From Cyanobacteria bacterium P01_D01_bin.156 (lineage in GTDB: Bacteria > Cyanobacteriota > Cyanobacteriia > Phormidesmidales > Phormidesmidaceae), in contig JBCCQQ010000011.1 of NCBI GenBank assembly GCA_039024555.1, positions 1 to 64,000 of the forward strand: DNA of 64,000 nt, given 5' to 3'. The notes beneath the pieces were generated by a model. The model saw only the letters and a program-made list of their open reading frames with translations, ran no database searches and was not told the DNA's origin. Positions 21,035-29,303 of this stretch are shown here, piece by piece. The stretch's first letter is position 1. Every line of letters begins with the position of its first letter. A program made the translations under genes and the position numbers.

Positions 21035-21118
21035 CGAGCCTGCTGGCCTGGATTACACACTGTTGCTGATGCTCAGGGATAAAACGCGCCCGTAAAATTG
21101 ACTAGGCAGCCCTAATAG

Positions 21119-22018
21119 ATGGATAAAATCCTTCCGAGGATCAGCAACGCCCACTACAATATCAGCGTCTTACTACAGGGTAGAACCTTGCAGACCTCCA
21201 TTAACCCAGCTACCCATATTGTTAGTTCCCAGTGGTTAGCCAAGCATTTAGACGACCTAGTGATTATTGACTGTCGATTTTCGCTACCAGAACCGAACCT
21301 AGGGCAGCAACAGTATGAGGCTGGCCACATTCCAGGGGCCTACTATTTGGATCTTAATCAGCATCTTTCCAGTCCGGTGCAGCCCCATGGCGGTCGTCAT
21401 CCGCTGCCGGACTGGTCTACGTTTGTCGATACCTTAAATTTGCTCGGCATTCAGTCCAGTCCCCAGACGCCCATTGTCATCTACGATGCTTCGCGGTTTG
21501 CCTTTGCCGCCCGACTGTGGTGGATGCTGCGTTACCTAGGCCATGACCATGTTGCCCTGCTAGATGGGGGCATACCCGCATGGATTGAAGCTGGTTTACC
21601 TCTGAGCCAAGACATTCCCAAAAATCAGGTGGGCCAGTTTGTACCCCAGTTTCAGGATGGCTGGATCGTAGATATCGACTATGTGCGTCAGCACCAGGAT
21701 AAAGCTGGCACCGTGGTGATTGATTCTCGATCTGCGGATCGATTTCGCGGTGAGCGAGAACCCATCGATCTAATTGCGGGCTCTGTACCAGGAGCCGTGA
21801 ATTATTTTTGGAAAGACATTAGTCATGAGAACGGTCAGCTTAAGTCTCCTGAAGCGTTAGCCACCCACTGGCAAGCTGTGGATGCTGCTGAGGAGGTCAT
21901 TGTTTACTGTGGGTCCGGCGTTACAGCCTGTGTAAATCTCTTTTCTCAAGTAGTTGCGGGTAAATCCATGGGGAAGCTGTATCCCGGCGGCTGGAGTGAC
22001 TGGTGTTCTTATTTGTAA
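21119..22018 (+). CDS. Two-domain rhodanese / sulfurtransferase (SseA-like)
   Basis: GHIPGA, GGRHPLP, RLWWML, LDGG, VYCGSGVTAC, YPGGWSDW; start uncertain. Confidence 0.93.
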   Translation: MDKILPRISNAHYNISVLLQGRTLQTSINPATHIVSSQWLAKHLDDLVIIDCRFSLPEPNLGQQQYEAGHIPGAYYLDLNQHLSSPVQPHGGRHPLPDWSTFVDTLNLLGIQSSPQTPIVIYDASRFAFAARLWWMLRYLGHDHVALLDGGIPAWIEAGLPLSQDIPKNQVGQFVPQFQDGWIVDIDYVRQHQDKAGTVVIDSRSADRFRGEREPIDLIAGSVPGAVNYFWKDISHENGQLKSPEALATHWQAVDAAEEVIVYCGSGVTACVNLFSQVVAGKSMGKLYPGGWSDWCSYL

Positions 22019-22021
22019 GTT

Positions 22022-22573
22022 ATGTCCATTCGCATCTACGGTAACCGTGCTATCAAAACTCTCCCAGGACAGGCCACACGACCCACACCCGCTAGGGTAC
22101 GGGAGGCGTTATTTAACATTTGGCAGGGGCGCGTGCAGGGGTGTCGCTGGCTAGATCTCTGTGCAGGCAGCGGAGCCATGGGGGCAGAAGCCCTATGCCG
22201 AGGGGCCAGTGTTGTCGTAGGCATTGAACAATCAGGGGCTGCCTGTCGGATTGTGCAGACTAACTGGAAAATGGTTGCTAAACCCGAACAAACGTTTCAA
22301 ATCTTACGGGGAGATGTGACTAAAAAACTACAGAGTTTGACGCTAGAACCATTTGACCTCGTGTATTTTGACCCCCCCTATGCGGCTGGGCTTTATGACA
22401 ACGTGCTCAAAACCTTGGCAAAAAAGTCTCTCTTAGCACCAGGAGCCACCGTCACGGCAGAATATACGCCTGATCACTGGCAACCCAAATCTATTCCGGG
22501 GTTAGAGCTCGCACGTACCAAACGTTATGGACTGACCCACCTAGCATTTTTCGATTTCGATGGCTCGGGATAG
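22022..22573 (+). CDS. rsmD: 16S rRNA m2G966 methyltransferase
   Basis: TRPTPARVREALFN, LDLCAGSG, FDPPY. Confidence 0.93.
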   Translation: MSIRIYGNRAIKTLPGQATRPTPARVREALFNIWQGRVQGCRWLDLCAGSGAMGAEALCRGASVVVGIEQSGAACRIVQTNWKMVAKPEQTFQILRGDVTKKLQSLTLEPFDLVYFDPPYAAGLYDNVLKTLAKKSLLAPGATVTAEYTPDHWQPKSIPGLELARTKRYGLTHLAFFDFDGSG

Positions 22574-22743
22574 CCGGTGATTTATGCAGTCAAACACACG
22601 ATGTTCTAGAGGCCATGCCTTCTAAAGAAAGTGAATTATACAACGTATTAAAAACACCAATCAAAAAACTCTTTTGAAGGTGACTCGAATATTTTTGTAG
22701 TTGTTATATTGAGGGTGGACATACTTTTTGGGAGCTAATCTCC

Positions 22744-22950
22744 ATGAACTACGCTATAACCTCTTCATCCAAAACAGGTTCTGACCAGCTAACAGCAGGC
22801 TTTCTAGCAGCTGGCGTTTTATTTATTGTTGGCTACACACTTACACGCACCTTGCTTGCTCAGCCTACCCCTCAGAGTGAAAATGTTGTCGTCAATTCTG
22901 TTATTCCCCATGAAGCCACGCTGTGGAATGCGGACATCGAAAGCTTTTAA
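22744..22950 (+). CDS. Small single-TM hypothetical protein (68 aa)
   Basis: GGGAG RBS upstream, one hydrophobic helix, followed by a terminator hairpin. Confidence 0.6.
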   Translation: MNYAITSSSKTGSDQLTAGFLAAGVLFIVGYTLTRTLLAQPTPQSENVVVNSVIPHEATLWNADIESF

Positions 22951-22989
22951 CAAGCGCTCTGACAACTAGCATATCTGTCTCCTGCCGCA

Positions 22990-23032
22990 CAGTCTTCCCC
23001 TAGGCAATTGCTCAATGGGAAGACTGTTTCTT
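22990..23032 (+). terminator. Rho-independent terminator-like hairpin
   Basis: CAGTCTTCCC...GGGAAGACTG followed by TTTCTT. Confidence 0.6.
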
Positions 23033-23440
23033 GCGTTAATTTATCTAGTCACGCAGTGAGGGTATTAATTGGTCAAACTTTATCGCGTCGCCTATTTGGC
23101 CCTGTTTTTATTGAAGCCAGGATATGGCTAATGCTCAACATGACGTCACCTGAGAACTTCGGATAAGGCCCATGATTATCAGCTCATAAACAGTAACCGT
23201 AAATAGGATTGCCTAGGCCACGCCCGGTTCTGACCATTAATTCAATTACGAATAAGGCTGACTTATATAGATATTGCTTATCCCTACTAGCCAACCTGGG
23301 AAAATGATCTGCGAAAGCGAATATTTTGCGACACAATATTAATAAAGCAACATAGGTGTTGTTTTAGTCGCGCGATCGCAGCCCAAAAGGCCCAGCGGTA
23401 ACGCTAGACAACTTTTACAGGACACTCGTTGAGGTACCCC

Positions 23441-25180
23441 ATGGTCGTAGCTGCTCCAAACCCTGCCAAACCAGCCGAAAAGCGTCTTACCATCACCAGT
23501 AGTGAGATCGCTGAAAACACTACTTCCATTCGCTCCCTAGACTGGGACCGCGACCGGTTTGACATTGAGTTTGGCCTACAGAACGGCACTACCTATAACT
23601 CCTACCTGGTACGTGGGGAAAAGACAGCACTGATCGATACCTCCCACGCCAAGTTCCAGCAGCTCTACATGGATGTGCTGAAGGGGTTAATTGACCCGAC
23701 AGAAATTGACTACATCGTTATTAGCCACACTGAACCGGACCATAGTGGTCTAGTCAAAGATGTGCTGGATATTGCCCCCCAAGCGGTAGTTGTAGGTGCC
23801 AAGGTAGCGGTTAAATTCCTTGAAGACCTGGTACATCAGCCCTTCGAATCTCAGCTGGTGAAGAGTGGTGACACCCTAGATTTGGGCAATGGCCACGTGC
23901 TGGAATTTGTCAGCGCCCCTAACCTCCACTGGCCCGATACAATTTTTACCTACGACCAAAAGACCGGCATTCTCTATACCTGCGATGCCTTTGGTGCCCA
24001 CTACTGCAGCAATGACGACTTTGATGAGGACTTAGAGTCCTTGACCCCTGATTTTCGCTTTTACTACGAATGTTTGATGGCTCCCAATGCCCGCTCGGTG
24101 ATTTCGGCCATGAAGCGCATGGATAAGCTGGGGGAAATTAACACCATCGCCGTGGGTCACGGTCCAATTATTCGCCATAACTTAGAAGAATTAACCGAGC
24201 GCTATCGCCGCTGGAGCAATGAAAAGAGCAAGGCGGAAAACATGGTGGCGGTGTTCTATGTATCTGACTATGGATATTGCGATCGCATCTCCCAAGCCCT
24301 AGCCAAGGGGATTACCAAGACCGGCGTTGCCGTTGAAATGATGGACATGCGTTTGGCCGACCCCCACGACGTTACCGAACTGGTAGGCCGCGCCAAAGGT
24401 ATTCTCATGGGCATGCCCCCCTCCTCTGGACAGGGAGCAGAAGAAATCCAAACCGCGCTCAGTGCCATCCTGGCAGGAATTACCAACAAGCAAACCTTCG
24501 GACTGTTTGAGTCCTACGGTGGCGACGACGAGCCCATCGATACCCTTCAGAGTAAGCTACAGGACCTAGACCTCAAGGTGGCCTTCGACCCGATCCGCGT
24601 TAAAGATACGCCCTCCGAAGCGCTCTACCAGCTGTGTGATGAAACCGGCACTGACCTTGGCCAGGAGCTAGCTCAGGCTAAGAAAATCAAAAAGATTAAG
24701 GGGCTGGATGCTGACCTACAAAAAGCGTTAGGCCGCATCAGCAGCGGCTTGTATATTATTACTGCCGCCAAAGGTGAAGTCACCAGTGCAATGCTTGCGT
24801 CCTGGATCTCCCAGGCTAGCTTTAAGCCCCTTGGCTTCACCATTGCCGTTGCAAAAGATCGAGCCATTGAATCCCTGATGCAGGTAGGAGACACCTTTGT
24901 ACTCAACATTCTTGAGGAAGGTAACCATCTACCCCTGATGAAGCACTTCCTAAAGCGCTTTCCCCCCGGTGCTGACCGATTTGCCGGCATTCGTACTCGT
25001 CCTGCCAGCAACAAATCCCCCATCCTGGCAGACGCTTTAGCCTACCTAGAATGCAACGTTACGACTCGCATGGAACTAAGCGATCACTGGCTAGTGTACT
25101 GCACCGTTGATGATGGCAAGGTTTCTAAGGATGAAAGCACCACCGCAGTTCACCACCGTAAGATCGGTAACTACTACTAG
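23441..25180 (+). CDS. flv3: Flavodiiron protein with canonical di-iron ligands (Flv3/Flv4 type)
   Basis: FDIEFGLQNGTTYNSYL, HTEPDHSG, PNLHWPD, flavodoxin and flavin-reductase domains, AVHHRKIGNYY; assignment to flv3 rather than flv4 is a judgement. Confidence 0.85.
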   Translation: MVVAAPNPAKPAEKRLTITSSEIAENTTSIRSLDWDRDRFDIEFGLQNGTTYNSYLVRGEKTALIDTSHAKFQQLYMDVLKGLIDPTEIDYIVISHTEPDHSGLVKDVLDIAPQAVVVGAKVAVKFLEDLVHQPFESQLVKSGDTLDLGNGHVLEFVSAPNLHWPDTIFTYDQKTGILYTCDAFGAHYCSNDDFDEDLESLTPDFRFYYECLMAPNARSVISAMKRMDKLGEINTIAVGHGPIIRHNLEELTERYRRWSNEKSKAENMVAVFYVSDYGYCDRISQALAKGITKTGVAVEMMDMRLADPHDVTELVGRAKGILMGMPPSSGQGAEEIQTALSAILAGITNKQTFGLFESYGGDDEPIDTLQSKLQDLDLKVAFDPIRVKDTPSEALYQLCDETGTDLGQELAQAKKIKKIKGLDADLQKALGRISSGLYIITAAKGEVTSAMLASWISQASFKPLGFTIAVAKDRAIESLMQVGDTFVLNILEEGNHLPLMKHFLKRFPPGADRFAGIRTRPASNKSPILADALAYLECNVTTRMELSDHWLVYCTVDDGKVSKDESTTAVHHRKIGNYY

Positions 25181-25211
25181 AAGTTAAACTGTTAGTCCTT
25201 GGCAGGGAGCC

Positions 25212-25247
25212 GAGCAGGTGAGAGTGGCTAGCCACTCTCACCTGCTC
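25212..25247. repeat. Perfect 36-bp palindrome with no spacer, downstream of flv3
   Basis: GAGCAGGTGAGAGTGGCT|AGCCACTCTCACCTGCTC. Confidence 0.95.
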
Positions 25248-25767
25248 ATCAAAATTTAAGTTCCAATTGAAGAGTACTTTATGCTCATGTCATTGGCTAA
25301 AACTGAGGACATCCAAAATAAGAAATGTAGTACATCCTTTTCAAAGCTGAAAGATACTCGAGTCTGACTCAAAGTTTGCCAAAACTGCTACATGTTGCGA
25401 TCGCACCTAAAAGTCGCAACATACTTAAGTACCTATCCTGTAGAGGTTTAGTTGAGCGGCGAAGAGGGTTTAAGGCTTGCCAGACAAAGGGTTGAACCTC
25501 CTCAAAGATGACTTGCTGATGACTCAGATGGTCTGACTGACACCCAAATGACGTCAAAGAAATTTGAACCATAGCAATGATTATCTAAGAGATCGAGGTT
25601 ATTAGTCTCTAGTATCCATTGATCCTGTTTTTAGAACTTGAAATAAAATACTGTATTATTTAGAGAACATAAAATTAAGATTTGCTCCAGGTTCTAACAG
25701 TTCTCTTCGTTAGAGCTTGAGGGTTGTTGTGGCTATCTCGACAACAGTTTTTTATTGAAGTGCCTCT

Positions 25768-28700
25768 ATGATAGTTCAGCTACGTTTTTGCACCTCGTTA
25801 CTAGTTCCTCTCTTAGCGTGGTCTGGATTTTTTCAATCTGCAAGTTTTGCTAGTTCTAAGACTGGAGCAACAGATCGGACTACTCCGGCTCAAATTTTAC
25901 AAAATCATGTAGGCATTCAAAACACTGGGCCTAGGAATCAGCAGGCAAGTAATTTATTATCACTATCGCCGGAACAAGTAGAAGTTCTACCTTTTCAGCC
26001 GGATTGTCAGAGCAACGATCAGTCATGTACCGTATGGTCTGAGTTCCGACGGCCATACCCCTATCCGACTCAACGAATCGCTGCAAAAATTGTCAATGAT
26101 GAGGAAATGATCCTCGTCATTTCTGAACCCCCGAATAATTTAGACAAACAACAATGGCGTCGTCTCATTGAGTCCACATTTAAACGCGATTTGCTTGAAT
26201 ATCAAACATTCAAGTGGATGATTGGAGTCGATGGTTGGGTTGAAGATATTGTTTTAAGGGTCAAAAAGCCAGATGTTGAGCAAGAAGAAGATCTACTAAA
26301 CGATAGGCTTACTCGCGATCGCATTGCCTTGTTAAATATTGCCATGTTTGGTTCCAGTCTAGGGGCGACGATAGAGCCCATAGATGCTAATGGTTCGATG
26401 CAAAATCTCGTTAAAATTCCAAATCTGCGTCTATCTGCAGATGAAGTTTTGGGTTGGGTAACAGATAGGCAGATTGATTGGCAGCCCCTCAATACCTCTG
26501 CTACCCCTAGCAGCCACTGGCTGGAAGAGTCAGCTACTGGCACCCGACAAGTCATGGTGTCTGCCGATAAAACGCTGGTATTACTCACATTTCCACTGTC
26601 GGATATTTTGGCCGCTCGGCAAAGGGGGGCATTACCCGAAGACTTGAAAGTCGCATTTCGAGAGTTTGTCGTCAGCTCAGACATTATTCTGAGTGGTGCT
26701 TGGAGCGATCAGCAAGTGGCCATTGTGGCGCGAGCGCGCCAGGTTCCTGTGACAGATTTTCCACCACTGCGGGTTGAAACCTTTGAACTCCTGGCCGCAC
26801 AAAAGACAACTGAGCTGGCCCAGAGCTATGAACGCACTAACCTATTCGCTGGCAAACTGTTTACCGGGGAGTATGAGCTTAGAGACTGGGCTCCCATCTA
26901 TCTGAGCCCAGCACTGATCAACACTGAACTGGGTGGGCTGCTCAATATTACCGATCAGATGCTCAAGTCCTGGTCTATGGCAGGCAAGGTTGAATACTTA
27001 TATTTTGACTATCCTCTTAAACCTAATCGGTTCCCATTCAATGGCGTGCCTCTCAGTGAGGTGGTTTTTGAAGAAACTGGCAGCCCACAGGTCCTATTTA
27101 ATTGGAATACTACAGGCATGGGTTCGGTTATTTCTGGAGAACCCTCCATTCTAATACCCACTCAAACCGGAGCCTTACCCGTTACCTATGGGTCTGAGCT
27201 TGAACAAGGGGGAGAGATCGAAACTGGGCATCTCCAGCGGTATGAAGAAGAAGCCTATGACTACTTTGCAAATTTACAAGACCCCAGCCTAGCCACCGTT
27301 GTTCAATACACGTTGCTCTATCAACTAATGCTGGCAGCCGCCCCCCTGCAGTCTAGTGAGTTTACGTCTGAAGCTAACGGAGGGGCTCAGGTTCTAGACG
27401 ACTACGCACTCAACTTTATTAGAATCCTAGATACAGCTACTGAAAGCGATTTGGCAGATGCCAGAGAACTCTTGTCAACTTTTCGCGCAGACCACCCCGA
27501 CATAGATGACTCACAATTAGCTGCTTTACTGGCTAATCCCAGAACAGGTCGAGCTCAGTTTCTAGACGGGTTCGATCAGGATTTTGCCCTGTTATCTGAC
27601 TTGGACAATTCATTGTCAGAACGGATCACCGCATATATTGAGCTATTTGCCGAAATTGATGCCAGAGACAAACGTCTACAGGCGGAAGTTAACCAATTTA
27701 ATCGTGAGGTAGACCGTCTAAATCGCCAGGGGGGAGCTAGCCCCAGTGAAAGTGCCAGGATGGAAGAGTGGCGTGCCTCCATAATTGCTACCGAAAACGA
27801 GTTAGCAGCGTTGAGTGCCACACTGGGACAACGTCAAACCGAGATTGAACAAATTCAACAAAGGCAAGCCAACATTAGCCAATCAATTGACCAAGCCGCT
27901 GCAGGGATTAATGCGTTATTAACTCAAGTTCAACCGTTGGTGGCACAACTAAAGGAGTCTGTGTATCTGGTGAATGAGCTGGACGAGGTCAGACTGGCAT
28001 TTAGTAACGCCCATTCAGTTTCCGCCAATAGCTGGATAAAAACCCCTGCAAGCGTACTTTCTTGGCAAAGGGAAAGGGGAAGTGTATCCCTCTTTAGTGT
28101 AGGTGGCCATAATCTTGACTCCCAAACATTACGGTTTGAAGAAAATCCTGGTATAAGCAGCTTACAAGTTGTTGACACACCGTCAGGCCAAGTATTACAG
28201 TACCCGCCTAATCAGCGTTCTGGGGTTTTATCCAATGCGTCTGAACTATCGCGGCAGATAGAACATCGAGGCATTACCGATCCTCAGGTTTTGTCTAGAA
28301 CGATCCAGGGTCCTGGCAACATTCGTCCCCGACGGGAAGCCTTAGCCATGAGTCAATCCCCGGCTCCTGAAATAGGCAGGCCCGTCAGCAACAATGTGGA
28401 ACTTGTTAGTGAGCTACAGGGCCTAGTTGAAATGAATGGTTGCTGTAGATTTGTTGCCAATGATGCCGATGGTGTTGCGTATCTAGCGTCTATGAATCCT
28501 TCGCCCCCGCCCCCGGTCAGGATCTCAAGCTATGGGGATACGCCATCGCTACTAAATGCTTTAGATACTCGATTTCGTTCTCCCCTCGACTCCAATGAGC
28601 CAATTGTACTGTTAGGAGATACTGGACGGGCTGATGCGATCGCACGAAGCCTTAGGGCAAATACCCAACAATCGGCATCTCTCCTTGGAAGAATGCCATG

Positions 28701-29289
28701 GTTAACTAAACTTGCCGAGATAGTTAATCTTCCCATAGGTCCCGTTCCCCGCCAGCCAAAGTCAGTCACTGTTCTCAAATACAGAGGTAATAACAGATTA
28801 GACTCCTTACAAGTTTCTTTAACAGACCAAGCTAACCCCGCGATCTCAGTTAATCAAGTGGTGGATGGGTTATCAGCCCGCATTCAACCGAATACCGCAG
28901 GTGTTCGAGAAGTTCCTAACCCAGGGCTTGATCTGAACCTACCGTCAAGATGGCAACAGGCCGCTAATGAAGGGAAACTGGCGGTCATCAACTTTTCCTA
29001 CGCCGAACAAGGCCCTCTGGGAACTTCAACAAACGTTTACTTTTCTAGCCTGGTCAATGAACCGGCCCAAGTTCCAACGGCACGGACAGAGATGGTAAAT
29101 GTTACGAACAGCTTTATTGACACTAGCCTGACTCAAGAGACACCAACCTTTGATGCTTTAACCGATATTAGGCAACAGATTGAAGAACAGTTGAAATTAC
29201 TGTCGGACGATCAGGTCGATATGCTGCTTGAGCGTAAGCTAGATACTTATTACATTACTGATGACAATCACAGCAACGACAATAGTTAA
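25768..29289 (+). CDS. Large secreted hypothetical protein (1173 aa) with central coiled coil
   Basis: Uninterrupted 3.5-kb ORF; N-terminal signal-like segment; heptad-rich region at about aa 600-745; no family recognised. Confidence 0.85.
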   Translation: MIVQLRFCTSLLVPLLAWSGFFQSASFASSKTGATDRTTPAQILQNHVGIQNTGPRNQQASNLLSLSPEQVEVLPFQPDCQSNDQSCTVWSEFRRPYPYPTQRIAAKIVNDEEMILVISEPPNNLDKQQWRRLIESTFKRDLLEYQTFKWMIGVDGWVEDIVLRVKKPDVEQEEDLLNDRLTRDRIALLNIAMFGSSLGATIEPIDANGSMQNLVKIPNLRLSADEVLGWVTDRQIDWQPLNTSATPSSHWLEESATGTRQVMVSADKTLVLLTFPLSDILAARQRGALPEDLKVAFREFVVSSDIILSGAWSDQQVAIVARARQVPVTDFPPLRVETFELLAAQKTTELAQSYERTNLFAGKLFTGEYELRDWAPIYLSPALINTELGGLLNITDQMLKSWSMAGKVEYLYFDYPLKPNRFPFNGVPLSEVVFEETGSPQVLFNWNTTGMGSVISGEPSILIPTQTGALPVTYGSELEQGGEIETGHLQRYEEEAYDYFANLQDPSLATVVQYTLLYQLMLAAAPLQSSEFTSEANGGAQVLDDYALNFIRILDTATESDLADARELLSTFRADHPDIDDSQLAALLANPRTGRAQFLDGFDQDFALLSDLDNSLSERITAYIELFAEIDARDKRLQAEVNQFNREVDRLNRQGGASPSESARMEEWRASIIATENELAALSATLGQRQTEIEQIQQRQANISQSIDQAAAGINALLTQVQPLVAQLKESVYLVNELDEVRLAFSNAHSVSANSWIKTPASVLSWQRERGSVSLFSVGGHNLDSQTLRFEENPGISSLQVVDTPSGQVLQYPPNQRSGVLSNASELSRQIEHRGITDPQVLSRTIQGPGNIRPRREALAMSQSPAPEIGRPVSNNVELVSELQGLVEMNGCCRFVANDADGVAYLASMNPSPPPPVRISSYGDTPSLLNALDTRFRSPLDSNEPIVLLGDTGRADAIARSLRANTQQSASLLGRMPWLTKLAEIVNLPIGPVPRQPKSVTVLKYRGNNRLDSLQVSLTDQANPAISVNQVVDGLSARIQPNTAGVREVPNPGLDLNLPSRWQQAANEGKLAVINFSYAEQGPLGTSTNVYFSSLVNEPAQVPTARTEMVNVTNSFIDTSLTQETPTFDALTDIRQQIEEQLKLLSDDQVDMLLERKLDTYYITDDNHSNDNS

Positions 29290-29303
29290 TCAGAGGGGCA
29301 ACC

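Noticed and set aside
26202..28778. Antisense ORFs inside the 1173-aa gene
   Set aside because: Typical antisense shadows with no RBS or motifs
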